This document shows, one piece after another, positions 35,791 to 45,448 of a stretch of 64,000 bases of DNA. Position 1 is the stretch's first letter; each line of letters opens with the position of its first letter. Below the pieces are notes generated by a model that saw nothing but the letters and a program-made list of their open reading frames with translations, was not told where the DNA came from and did no database searches. Source of the DNA: Geopsychrobacteraceae bacterium (lineage in GTDB: Bacteria; Desulfobacterota; Desulfuromonadia; Desulfuromonadales; Geopsychrobacteraceae). The stretch is taken from NCBI GenBank assembly GCA_963676795.2, contig CAXXTB010000002.1, positions 192,001 to 256,000 on the forward strand, written 5' to 3'. A program made the position numbers and the translations under genes.

Positions 35791-36719
35791 AGAACGATCT
35801 TCGCGTGGCGGTTACATCCCGTTCCTTTTCCCGTCATCCTGTGTTGCGTCAGGAATTGCTTGAGCGGTTCCCTCGCGCAAGGTTCAATGATGCCGGCACC
35901 AAATTGGCCGGGGCGGAACTTGTTGAATTTTTGCGTGAAAGTGATGCCGCCATAACGGCATTGGAAATCTTGAATGATTCAGCCTTTTCCCAGTTGCCGG
36001 ATTTGAAAGTCGTCAGTAAGTATGGGGTTGGGCTGGACATGCTTGACTTGGAGGCCATGCGTCGACGTGGGATCAAACTAGGTTGGACGCCTGGAGTCAA
36101 TCGGCGCTCTGTGGCTGAACTGGCTATTGCCTTTATGCTCTGTTTGCTACGTCAGGTGCCGATGTCAAATCAAGTTGTGAAATCTGGCGAGTGGCATCAG
36201 CTTCCCGGACGATTGCTGTCAGAACAAACTGTTGGCATTGTCGGTTGCGGACATATCGGCAAGGATGTGGCGGTCCTGCTGAGGGCGTTCGGATGCAAGA
36301 TCTTGGTCCACGATATCGTTGATTACGAGGAGTTTTACAGGCAGCATGAGATCGCCTCAGTAAGTTTGGAGGATTTATTGCTCAAGGCCGATGTTGTGAC
36401 TTTGCATGTACCGTTGGATGGCAGGACTCGTGGGATGCTCGATTCAAATCTTCTGTCATTGATGAAAGAAACCGCTATTCTTGTAAATACGGCGCGGGGC
36501 GGCCTTGTTGATGAGGATTTTTTGAAGGCTATGCTCACAGATGGCCGTTTGTCGGGTGCCGCTTTTGATGTTTTTGTGACAGAGCCCCCCACAGATTTTC
36601 ATCTGCTAAGGTTGCCAAATTTTATTGGGACGCCACATATCGGTGGTAGCAGCGAGGAGGCAATTTTGGCTATGGGTAGAGCCGCCATAAACGGGTTGGA
36701 GAGCGCGTCGTTGCCATGA
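35787..36719 (+). CDS. D-isomer-specific 2-hydroxyacid dehydrogenase (SerA-like)
   Basis: GVGLD, GCGHIG, LHVP, NTARG, DVFVTEP, TPHIGG. Confidence 0.9.
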   Translation: MKNDLRVAVTSRSFSRHPVLRQELLERFPRARFNDAGTKLAGAELVEFLRESDAAITALEILNDSAFSQLPDLKVVSKYGVGLDMLDLEAMRRRGIKLGWTPGVNRRSVAELAIAFMLCLLRQVPMSNQVVKSGEWHQLPGRLLSEQTVGIVGCGHIGKDVAVLLRAFGCKILVHDIVDYEEFYRQHEIASVSLEDLLLKADVVTLHVPLDGRTRGMLDSNLLSLMKETAILVNTARGGLVDEDFLKAMLTDGRLSGAAFDVFVTEPPTDFHLLRLPNFIGTPHIGGSSEEAILAMGRAAINGLESASLP

Positions 36720-36775
36720 GTTAGCTGTCTTTGTTTAAAGAGATTTTTACTTGAAAGGTCAAAGGAGTTTTCGCT

Positions 36776-37462
36776 GTGAGATATTTTTGCCCGGTATGCG
36801 AACAGAGTGTTGATGAATGGAAGCCCTTTACACGAAATGTTGGGGTTAATAAGTGGCTCGAGGAGCCCGGGGGAAGGCTTTGTCCTCACTGTTTTTCATT
36901 TGAAAGAACACGGCATATTGATTTGTATCTGAAACAGTTGGACGTGTTGAAACCGGATATGAAGATGCTTCACTTCGCTCCTGAAAGGGGGCTGGAAAGG
37001 AAGTTCAGAGCTTTTTTGGCGAGCAATTATATAACGACAGACCTTTTCCAGGAAGGGGTTGATGCTCGTGAAGATATTACGGATTTGAGTTTCGAAAGCG
37101 ATCAATTCGATTTTATATATTGTAGCAATGTATTAGAGCATGTGGATAATGACAGAAAGGCTATGTCTGAACTTTTTAGAGTGCTTTCACCTGGGAAAAT
37201 AGCAATTATTCAAGTTCCGATCAAAGGTGAAACTACATACGAGGACCCAACTATTGTAGATCCTGATGAACGTTACAATCACTTTGGGCAGAGCGATCAT
37301 GTACGATACTATGGGGCAGATATAAAAGATCGTTTGGAGAATGCTGGATTTATAGTCGAACCTATTATTATGCCAGATGTACTTTCATTGGAAAGCCATA
37401 AATTATCAAAAATGAATCTGAATAAGCGAGAATTGATACATAAATGTATTAAACCTTTGTAG
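36776..37462 (+). CDS. Class I SAM-dependent methyltransferase with N-terminal CxxC...CxxC
   Basis: CPVC, CPHC, LHFAPE, SNVLEHV, FGQSDHVRYYG. Confidence 0.85.
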   Translation: MRYFCPVCEQSVDEWKPFTRNVGVNKWLEEPGGRLCPHCFSFERTRHIDLYLKQLDVLKPDMKMLHFAPERGLERKFRAFLASNYITTDLFQEGVDAREDITDLSFESDQFDFIYCSNVLEHVDNDRKAMSELFRVLSPGKIAIIQVPIKGETTYEDPTIVDPDERYNHFGQSDHVRYYGADIKDRLENAGFIVEPIIMPDVLSLESHKLSKMNLNKRELIHKCIKPL

Positions 37463-37510
37463 ATTTTTCTAATTATTTTGCAAAAAAAAATAGAAAAGAA
37501 TAAATACAAT

Positions 37511-38785
37511 ATGGCGACACGGTTTTCAGTAATAATGGCCAATTATAATGGCGAGAAATATATTGCTGATGCAATAGAGTCAGTTTTGGCTCAGGAGTAT
37601 GATGATTACGAATTTATTATTGTTGACGATGGTTCAACAGATAATTCCGGCACTATAATTGCCTCCTATCAGCAAAAGTATCCGCACCGCATAACTGTGA
37701 TTTTTCAGGAGAGCAATCAGGGGCAGGGGGCTGCATTTAATGTGGGGATCTCGGCCGCAACAGGAGAACTGATTTCCTTTATTGACAGTGATGATGTTTG
37801 GTTCCCTCAGAAACTGAAAATGGTTGACCGGACCTTTGGGGATCCCAAAAGGGTTGCGGTTCATCAGCACAACCTCTGTATCACTTCTGATGGAAGCGTT
37901 ACAAATGTGCCTTTTCGTGAAGCCGTGATGATCGGTGATTATTTTTCTTTTGTTAAGGGGACTAAAGGAAGCCACGTACCTCAGTTCATTGCGACTACTG
38001 GGCTGACATTCCCTCGGGATATTTTAAAGAAAGTCCTTCCTATTCCGCTTGATTTCAGAACCTGTGCCGATGGTTATCTCACCCGGACCTGTTTTTGTTT
38101 TGGTGAGGTGGTGGCGATCAACGATTTCCTGGGAGGATATCGCGTCCACGGAGAAAATTTGACTTATCAGAACCCCGCTCACGATAACGACCATTATGTT
38201 TCAACTCTGTTATTTCCAGCCTTGAATCGATTTTATGAAAAAAACGATATAAAGCTAAAATTCAATCACAACCTGAATTTATATGAAAGGTCTGTTTTGA
38301 GGCTAGGATTACAGGCGGGGGACCGAGTATTGGTGCTTCGTTGTGCTCGGATTGAAAATGTTGAACGGATCGTTGAGACGCTTCTGAAAATCTATAAAGG
38401 AATCAGTATTGACTTGGCGACGCAAGAATCGTTTCTGGACAGCATCACTCATCAGCAAGTAACCCCCATTATCATTCCAGAGGGGCCGATTACCCACTCG
38501 ACGTTCGGCCCGGGCTTTCAATCACAGGTAGGGACGAAATTATATGATGCCGTCATAATCCCCTATTCCAACTATTTTGGCGAAGATTATGCCAATGTTC
38601 ACAAGGTGCTGGCTCTTCTGCCGCAGAGCCCCATCGTGGTCGGCATCGATCACAGAGGTAAGGGGTACAGGTTTTATCGGCTGGGGCGCCATATTATCAG
38701 GCTTGTCCCTCCGTCTGTGAGCGCTTGGAGCTGGCGATTTCGCAAGGCGATCTCTGGGATTATTTCGCCTTCCTTTCCCCAGTAG
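37511..38785 (+). CDS. Glycosyltransferase family 2
   Basis: SVIMANYN, VDDGSTD, NQGQGAAFNVG, FIDSDD. Confidence 0.9.
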   Translation: MATRFSVIMANYNGEKYIADAIESVLAQEYDDYEFIIVDDGSTDNSGTIIASYQQKYPHRITVIFQESNQGQGAAFNVGISAATGELISFIDSDDVWFPQKLKMVDRTFGDPKRVAVHQHNLCITSDGSVTNVPFREAVMIGDYFSFVKGTKGSHVPQFIATTGLTFPRDILKKVLPIPLDFRTCADGYLTRTCFCFGEVVAINDFLGGYRVHGENLTYQNPAHDNDHYVSTLLFPALNRFYEKNDIKLKFNHNLNLYERSVLRLGLQAGDRVLVLRCARIENVERIVETLLKIYKGISIDLATQESFLDSITHQQVTPIIIPEGPITHSTFGPGFQSQVGTKLYDAVIIPYSNYFGEDYANVHKVLALLPQSPIVVGIDHRGKGYRFYRLGRHIIRLVPPSVSAWSWRFRKAISGIISPSFPQ

Positions 38786-38796
38786 GAGGGGTGACA

Positions 38797-40509
38797 ATGG
38801 CTGAAAATCAGGGGAAGCTCTCGCCCTCGGCTTTGGTTGACATTGACACAGCAACGTGCACCTTTTTCTTTAAAGATTGCACCGATACCGACAGGCGATT
38901 GTCAAAAGCAATCTGTTTGCAGCTTCATGGGGGGAATGACGGTCTTTCATCGGACTTGCTGAGTTTGGTGCATGAACTCAGGAGCTTCGTTGAGCAGGGG
39001 AAAATTCGAGACGTTCTTGAACGGTTGGCGCATGCTTCCTCTTGTTTGGATGCGGACATTGAAATCGTTGCAGGGCTGACCGTCTGGATTTACATGAGCA
39101 TGGCCAACTGGAGCTGGCTTGCTGAAAATCTGCAGCACATATCAGCTGCAACCCCTGGCCCCGTGTATTTGACAAGGTTGCTGTTTAAGTATCTGGCGGA
39201 CGACCGTCAGAAACTCGGGCATATTCAGAGCAATGGCGCTGGTTGGGGAGTGACCGAGGAACATTTACTGTTTTCCTGCCAAAGAAGACAAATAGATGAT
39301 CACCCGGAAATCTATCTGGAACTCAGCAAGGCCTTCCTGCAGAAAAAAGGCTTTAATGCAAATTATTTCAATACCGACTCATGGGTTCTGGAAACCATCA
39401 ATACGGCAGACATGTGGGATAGGGTCGAGCGAAAAACGGGGGCAGCCCTCTCAGTCAATGCCAAAGATTTCCCCGCCCCTTTGCCCATAGAACAGGCTAT
39501 TTCAGGCATGGCAACCACTTCGATGTGCTCCAGTGAGGCGCCGGGACCCCGTTTGGTCGAGATCGACAATGTCGTCCTGTTTTCCGGCGAATGGCATGTT
39601 CGAGCTCCCGAAGGAGTCTTGATTTCAGATTTGTATGTTGGCACGCCACATCACTCGCTGAGCTCTTACGGCTCATTGTCACAGCAGGGCTTTGATGCAA
39701 TGCTCCTGTATCGAAATAACAGGCCTTCCATAGATTCGGCATTTATTGCCGGTGGCGATGATAATTATTACCACTGGATTCATGACGTCCTCCCTCGTGT
39801 CTGCTGGTACAGCGTTGACGCTGACATCAATGCCCCCTTGCTCACAGGTGTTATTCAAAAGCGTTTTCAAAAAGAAATACTCTCCATTCTGGGGGTGGAG
39901 GATGACAATGTGATCACTATGCCATACCCCGAAGTGGCTAACGTCGCCCGTGCGTTTATCCCGCTTGTCAGCCCTCAAAATCGCGCTTTTCGCCCCAGGT
40001 ATAGCGGCGTCAGGCGGTGGGCACATGACTACTTCGGACGGTTGGCGGTTCCGGACTATGCAACGGCGCCCTGGGCCGAGCATTCTGATGGCCTGCGTCT
40101 CTATGTAAAGCGAGGAGAGGCCCAGCGAAGAAGGCTGATCAATGAAGAAGAAGTCTGCATAAAAATGCATCGCTTGGGATTTCAGATCATTGATCCCGAT
40201 GTGTTGAGTGTGCAGGAACAGGTTCGTCTCTTCAACAAGGCTTCCGTCGTAGTGTCACCGCACGGTGCAGCTTTGGCTAATCTTTGTTTTTGTCGTCCCC
40301 GGACACGCGTTGTCGAATTGGCCTTCCCGACTTGGGCACCATTTTATTTTCGTCAGATAGCACTGGAGCGAGAGCTTGTTTGGGAGTGTTTATATTTACG
40401 TCAAGCTCCTGATCTCTCGACCCAGGAACATTTCTATAATGGGTACCTGCCGCTGGACCTGCTGGGGACTTTGGCTGCAATGACAACAGGCTCAAGGGAG
40501 TCACAATGA
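38797..40509 (+). CDS. Glycosyltransferase family 61 (DUF563) with N-terminal extension
   Basis: NYYHWIHDVLPR, LYVKR...RRLINEEE, EQVRLF, PHGAALANL. Confidence 0.85.
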   Translation: MAENQGKLSPSALVDIDTATCTFFFKDCTDTDRRLSKAICLQLHGGNDGLSSDLLSLVHELRSFVEQGKIRDVLERLAHASSCLDADIEIVAGLTVWIYMSMANWSWLAENLQHISAATPGPVYLTRLLFKYLADDRQKLGHIQSNGAGWGVTEEHLLFSCQRRQIDDHPEIYLELSKAFLQKKGFNANYFNTDSWVLETINTADMWDRVERKTGAALSVNAKDFPAPLPIEQAISGMATTSMCSSEAPGPRLVEIDNVVLFSGEWHVRAPEGVLISDLYVGTPHHSLSSYGSLSQQGFDAMLLYRNNRPSIDSAFIAGGDDNYYHWIHDVLPRVCWYSVDADINAPLLTGVIQKRFQKEILSILGVEDDNVITMPYPEVANVARAFIPLVSPQNRAFRPRYSGVRRWAHDYFGRLAVPDYATAPWAEHSDGLRLYVKRGEAQRRRLINEEEVCIKMHRLGFQIIDPDVLSVQEQVRLFNKASVVVSPHGAALANLCFCRPRTRVVELAFPTWAPFYFRQIALERELVWECLYLRQAPDLSTQEHFYNGYLPLDLLGTLAAMTTGSRESQ

Positions 40510-41297
40510 CGCAAAAACTTTCTCATATCTCCACGTTTGAGTGGCAAAGGAGATCTTTTGAGCACAAAGACTCCCATCAGGCCATCGAGTTCAGTCGTAA
40601 CCTGCATTGCGGGAGGCGAGCCTTTATTGTTGCCAATGGCCCGAGCCTGGATATATCCGATTTGGATTTGCTGCAAAATGAAATTACCTTTGCGGCCAAT
40701 AAAATCTATCTGGCGTACGAAAAAACAGAATGGAGACCCACCTACTGGTGTTGCTCGGATGCGTTGGTCGCAGAAAACAATCTACAGGCGATCAGCCAGC
40801 TACAACATATAAAGTTTGGCGCTTTCAGTGTCTCCCAATCGCTGAAAGGGCTAGATTATACCTATATTGTGGATGGCCCCGTTTATCATCCCGACAAAAT
40901 CGTTCGTTACTCGAGCCTCGACCTGCTCAAGGGGATTCATCCCGGGGTGTCGGTTATGATTTTTATGATCAAACTGGCGCTGTGGATGGGGATTGATACC
41001 CTCTATTTGATCGGGCTCGATTTCGATTTCAAGGTGCCCGATGGGAGCCAGACAGAAGAGAAGATTTACGACAATAACGTGATTATATCGCAGGGCGAAG
41101 TGAACCATTTTCATCCAGATTACAGAAAACCCGGAGAAAAGTGGACCTATCCGAAGATGGAAGAGCAAAAAGAAGAATTTACGATGATGAAATGGAAGAC
41201 AGAAAACAGCGGCCGGAAAATTTTCAATGCATCCCGTAAAACAAAGCTATCTGTATTTGACAGAGTACAGTTTGATACTCTCATCCATAAAGCTTAA
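40506..41297 (+). CDS. DUF115/MptE-like (Maf-related) putative glycosyltransferase
   Basis: AFIVANGPSL, YLIGLDF, NHFHPDY, IFNAS. Confidence 0.8.
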   Translation: MTQKLSHISTFEWQRRSFEHKDSHQAIEFSRNLHCGRRAFIVANGPSLDISDLDLLQNEITFAANKIYLAYEKTEWRPTYWCCSDALVAENNLQAISQLQHIKFGAFSVSQSLKGLDYTYIVDGPVYHPDKIVRYSSLDLLKGIHPGVSVMIFMIKLALWMGIDTLYLIGLDFDFKVPDGSQTEEKIYDNNVIISQGEVNHFHPDYRKPGEKWTYPKMEEQKEEFTMMKWKTENSGRKIFNASRKTKLSVFDRVQFDTLIHKA

Positions 41298-41325
41298 GCT
41301 TGAAAACAGGATTTCCCCACTTGCC

Positions 41326-43182
41326 TCAAAGTATTCTTGAAAAAAATATTGAGCGTGACCAGCGTTTTTTGATAGACGATAGTCCGGTTTTTCGATTGTT
41401 ATCAAATGGTTCATTAATGATGTAGGAAAAACCATTCTTTTCAAGAATATTCAATATTGTCGATAAGAAATTACCATTAAATCCATAGTGATATTCTATA
41501 AGTCCGCTGTTCACTTTATCCAGTTCAGAATTGGATAAAACATCACACTCTGCGCCTTCTATATCCAGTTTTAAAAAATCGATGTTGCTGCTGATAAATG
41601 TATTCAGTTCTCGACACTCAACCTTAAGTGTGGAGAATTTGCGCCCTTCTTCCTTGGCTCGATTCGAAGACGAGGACGCCATCGGCATTTCCTCGTCACA
41701 ATAAAATTCGATTGCTCCTGAACGTGCAGATAGTGCGTACGGGTAAAGAGTGACATCACTCCAGTTGTTGAGTTCAATATTTTGGAGACAGATGTTGTAT
41801 AGCGCCGGGTTGGGTTCAAAGGCGGTCACTTGGGATCTTGGATAGAGCCACTTGAAATAGGCGATTGCAGCGCCAATATTTGCCCCGCCGTCGATGATGA
41901 CAGGGGTCCCCGTCTCAGCTTTAAACCGATCAGATTCGCTTATGACCAATTCGCGGTACAGGGTCAACAGGTCGGAAGGATTCGTATAATATAACTTTGA
42001 ATTTAAAAACTGGGCGGGCCCGTTTTTTTTATCGAGATTTTGCCTGGAGGCAAGGTCCTTTATTTGCGAGTGAACAGCTGTCTCCTGTTTTACTTCGAGA
42101 TCTAAAATGCGCTCTCGCATGGAAGCGAGGCCTGCGAGGGTTTTGCCCAAGTTGGCATCCGACGACATTGTCCTGTTCGGACATGTCTTGTATCTCTGCA
42201 TCAGGGTCGCTAGCACGGGGTCATCTGCCTCCACGGGGGACAGTGGCCACTTGTAGGAATTCACCCAGATATTTACGGCCCTGACAAGTCCTTCAGCAGG
42301 TATTGTTTTCATGCTGTTGAGTATCTCCAGGCCGGACGTAAAGTCTCCGGATAACATATAGGCCTCGGCCGTTTTAAGCTTCCCGTCACCAGAAGAGCGG
42401 TCGTTTAGGTGATCGGTTAAGCAGCAGTTCAATAGCTGGCCGTAATTTTTGTTTATAAAATGGAACGAGTAGGCGATGTTCGTATATCCGTCCTTGATCG
42501 ACGCATCTTTCTGATAGGCCTGTTCCACAAGTTTCATGGCCATATCGAGCTGCTTCAGCCTGGCATAGACTCGGGCCAGGTTTAATTGCCAGCCAGCTGA
42601 GAGACGATCCTGGTGCCGGTCGCTTTCCATCCACTTCAGAAGTTCGGAGTACTCCCCGCTGTCCCACAGGGTCGCCCAGGCGATGGACGCATGGCCATCC
42701 ACAAGCTCGGCATCTTTTCCGTAGGCCTGCTCCACAAGTTTCATGGCCATATCGAGCTGCTTCAGTCTGGCATAGACGCGGGCCAGGTTTAATTGCCAGC
42801 CTGGTGAGAGGCGATTCTGTTGTCGGTCGATTTCCATCCACTTCAAAAGCTCGGTGTACTCTCCCCTGTCCCACAGGGTCGCCCAGGCGGTTGATGCGTG
42901 GCCGTTTGCGGCCTGTGGATATTGGTCGTAAACATCACAGACCGTCTTGTGTGCGAGGTCGGAATCGCCGTGTCTAGCCATGCATTCAGCAAACTTCAAT
43001 TGTTGGAACCAGGATTGACGGTTCAGTTCGGCGTCCTTTTTGAAAAGTTGAAGTGCTGTGTCCAGCTCATTCCTTTCGAGCATAAAATAGCTGGCTAACC
43101 TCGAATATCCATCTTTCTGTTCCGCTTCGTTCAGGTACGATTTGCAATCTGGTTTTCCAGGAAACTGCAATCGGCCATGCAC
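41326..43182 (-). CDS. TPR-like repeat protein fused to an FkbM-family methyltransferase (start uncertain)
   Basis: Helical 69-aa repeats, then IIDGGANIG, FEPNP, FLKLDIEGAE. Confidence 0.82.
   Translation of the reverse strand: MHGRLQFPGKPDCKSYLNEAEQKDGYSRLASYFMLERNELDTALQLFKKDAELNRQSWFQQLKFAECMARHGDSDLAHKTVCDVYDQYPQAANGHASTAWATLWDRGEYTELLKWMEIDRQQNRLSPGWQLNLARVYARLKQLDMAMKLVEQAYGKDAELVDGHASIAWATLWDSGEYSELLKWMESDRHQDRLSAGWQLNLARVYARLKQLDMAMKLVEQAYQKDASIKDGYTNIAYSFHFINKNYGQLLNCCLTDHLNDRSSGDGKLKTAEAYMLSGDFTSGLEILNSMKTIPAEGLVRAVNIWVNSYKWPLSPVEADDPVLATLMQRYKTCPNRTMSSDANLGKTLAGLASMRERILDLEVKQETAVHSQIKDLASRQNLDKKNGPAQFLNSKLYYTNPSDLLTLYRELVISESDRFKAETGTPVIIDGGANIGAAIAYFKWLYPRSQVTAFEPNPALYNICLQNIELNNWSDVTLYPYALSARSGAIEFYCDEEMPMASSSSNRAKEEGRKFSTLKVECRELNTFISSNIDFLKLDIEGAECDVLSNSELDKVNSGLIEYHYGFNGNFLSTILNILEKNGFSYIINEPFDNNRKTGLSSIKKRWSRSIFFSRIL
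42490..42903 (-). repeat. Intragenic tandem duplication, 207-bp period (69 aa)
   Basis: gtcccacagggtcgcccaggcg at 42661 and 42868; the peptide GWQLNLARVYARLKQLDMAMKLVEQAY occurs twice. Confidence 0.92.
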
Positions 43183-44093
43183 AGGGCGCCAAATACTTCA
43201 GACGCTTTAGAAAACCAGGAGGAATTTACGAAGGGAATGTCAAACAGCAGTTCGTCAGCACGCTCTGAAAAATATGTTTTTGACATATGTCTACAGGTTT
43301 CAGATCCATCTCTGGTGCCTGACTTGAACTCTGGATTCAGGTCGCTGTAGATCTTGTTTTTAAATTTACATGCTAAAAAAGCTATACATTGTTCTGGTGT
43401 TCCCCATGAGTTTTGAGTGCGGAATCTCCCGTTTTCTTTAACAAAAGCAATGTCAATCTGGGCTCGGGCATTGTCTAGTGGCCGGTTGTGTCCGTTAAAC
43501 AAGTCGTAAATGACAAAACCTTCCTGTTTCATATGATTGACGATTTCGTAGAAATCGGGAAGAGACGGGGAAAAGGGGAAAAGAGAGACTTCAGTTAAAA
43601 TTACCTCGGTGTCCTGCAGCAGTTTTTTGGCACCATTCAAAACATCAAGTTCTGCTCCTTGGACATCGATCTTGAGTAGATACGGTTTGGGCCATCTGTC
43701 CCTGTCATTCAGGGTGTCAAGTTTGCAGCACGGGACACTTCTGTGGATCACATCGTCCGTTGCGTTCATTGGGGTCAGCAGTGATGAGGTTGTCATGTCG
43801 GGAGTGACGGACAGGACCGTTTCGCCATCATATGCGGCTGCCGCCTGATAATAGACAAGGGCCTCTCTGCTTTTTAAGAAATTGTTTATGTATTTTTTGA
43901 ATTCAATGACCGGCTCGACTAAAACGAGTGTTGCTTTGTCATTCAGGTCATAAATCTCCGGGGTTCCGAAAGCCACTCCGACATCGATGATCGTGCCGGG
44001 ACAAAATCCCAATGTCCTGAAGTGGGAGATCAGTTCGCGATTTGATTGCCTGACATTCAGCAGGTTGGAGATGAAATTTTGGTTTTCTTCCAT
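43131..44093 (-). CDS. FkbM-family methyltransferase
   Basis: IIDVGVAFG, VEP, LLKIDVQGAELDVL. Confidence 0.87.
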   Translation of the reverse strand: MEENQNFISNLLNVRQSNRELISHFRTLGFCPGTIIDVGVAFGTPEIYDLNDKATLVLVEPVIEFKKYINNFLKSREALVYYQAAAAYDGETVLSVTPDMTTSSLLTPMNATDDVIHRSVPCCKLDTLNDRDRWPKPYLLKIDVQGAELDVLNGAKKLLQDTEVILTEVSLFPFSPSLPDFYEIVNHMKQEGFVIYDLFNGHNRPLDNARAQIDIAFVKENGRFRTQNSWGTPEQCIAFLACKFKNKIYSDLNPEFKSGTRDGSETCRHMSKTYFSERADELLFDIPFVNSSWFSKASEVFGALCMADCSFLENQIANRT

Positions 44094-44160
44094 CGGTGTT
44101 CCCCGGCATTAAAAGTAATTGCTAATAAGTTTACTGCTTGGATGGACGATGCTTTGCATC

Positions 44161-44643
44161 CTAAAGCTCTTTGCCCAAGAGAAGAATGGGTATTTTGACG
44201 ACCGCTTTGCGTAGAGAGCTTGGACTGCCGAGTTGGATCTTCGGGCAGTGGGCCTCTCCGGGCATAAAGATAGCAAAAGTCCCCGGCGTCATGTTCAGCA
44301 GACTTGAAGGGGGATTGCAGTGATGAAACTCTTGACGATCTTTGTCCGTCAGATAGCGTAGGGGCTGTCCGAGTTCCTTCGCTTCGGTCCAGCGAATACC
44401 TTCGGACCCAGCAATCAGGTATTGGATATCAATGGTCCGGGTGTGATTCTCCCAATGGCACTCTGCTTCCGCGAGGGGCTGATAGCTATGTATGTTGGCA
44501 TACCAGTCTGGTGCCCCTAGGGGATGGTCACCATATTCGGCTGTGGTCGCGTGTTTTTGCAACCATTCCAGGGATTGGAAAAGTACGGGATGGATTAGAA
44601 GTGATTTCCAGTGGGCGCTGTTGTTAAGTAGGGCGGAAAACAT
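44161..44643 (-). CDS. YhcH/YjgK/YiaL (DUF386, NanQ/TabA-like) protein
   Basis: WENHTRTIDIQY, FAIFMPGEAHCP, KAVVKI; SD GAGG upstream of ATG 44643. Confidence 0.87.
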   Translation of the reverse strand: MFSALLNNSAHWKSLLIHPVLFQSLEWLQKHATTAEYGDHPLGAPDWYANIHSYQPLAEAECHWENHTRTIDIQYLIAGSEGIRWTEAKELGQPLRYLTDKDRQEFHHCNPPSSLLNMTPGTFAIFMPGEAHCPKIQLGSPSSLRKAVVKIPILLLGKEL

Positions 44644-44720
44644 ATAACCTCGTATCTGCCTTAGGGGCGGACGATAGTAAGTTGCCAAGATTACTTTGCG
44701 GAAATTTTTAAAACATATGC

Positions 44721-45443
44721 TTAACATTGTTTCAGCCCCGGTCCTAAAAAATAAACGGGAATGCAAAATTTTGGACGTAGTCCCAGTGCCGGGCATTGGC
44801 TCAGGTCGAGATCATCTGACAGGATCTGATTTACAGCCATTTGTTTTTCTTTTCCCCGGACAAGAACCCAAAGATTCCTGCTGTTATTCAGCGATGGGTA
44901 GGTCAGGGTCACACGTTGATGCCCTTCCGGTCCGGATCCGGCGCTGACAGCGTAACGGGTTTGTTCGTTTAGTGCTGGGCTGCCCGGAAAGAGCGATGCG
45001 GTATGGCCGTCTTCTCCCAGACCGAGTAAGGCCAGGTCGAAAAAGGGATGTTGTTTGTTTATCCCATGCGTTGTCAGTATGCACTCGTAGTCGCGTGCGG
45101 CATCATCGGCTTGCAGTTCCCCTTTGATTCTTACACAGCGGTCAGTGATCCGTAGTGGCTCCAGCAGCGTGCGACAAAGCATATTATAGTTGCTGTCCTG
45201 ATGCTGTGGCGGCACGCAACGTTCATCGCTCAAAAAAAATGTCACCCGTTGCCAGTCCACGGCGGTTTTTTGTGCCAGGGAGACAATTTGCTTATTCAGC
45301 TCAGCAGGAGTCCTGCCCCCACCCATCACAATACGACAATAGCTCCTGGAGTCTAATGTTTTAATGATTAGTCCCAGAATCTCGAATGCTGTGTTGCGGA
45401 AAAAAAAATCATCATTTTCAGAAAGTATGACTTGAGATTGCAT
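44721..45443 (-). CDS. pgl: 6-phosphogluconolactonase
   Basis: GGRTP, DERCVP...DSN, LLGLGEDGHTASLFPG, RVTLT. Confidence 0.9.
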   Translation of the reverse strand: MQSQVILSENDDFFFRNTAFEILGLIIKTLDSRSYCRIVMGGGRTPAELNKQIVSLAQKTAVDWQRVTFFLSDERCVPPQHQDSNYNMLCRTLLEPLRITDRCVRIKGELQADDAARDYECILTTHGINKQHPFFDLALLGLGEDGHTASLFPGSPALNEQTRYAVSAGSGPEGHQRVTLTYPSLNNSRNLWVLVRGKEKQMAVNQILSDDLDLSQCPALGLRPKFCIPVYFLGPGLKQC

Positions 45444-45448
45444 ATTTC

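Noticed and set aside
37482..37490. A8/A9 and T8 runs in the island (also 35653, 45232, 45400, 51873) as phase-variation tracts
   Set aside because: Such runs are expected in AT-rich DNA, all frames are intact, and short A/T runs are weak evidence. The 37482 run is upstream of the likely ATG at 37511.
41290..41301. AAGCTTAAGCTT palindrome where the convergent gene runs meet
   Set aside because: It is only 12 bp and AT-rich, with no loop or U-tract; insufficient for a terminator or recombination-site call.
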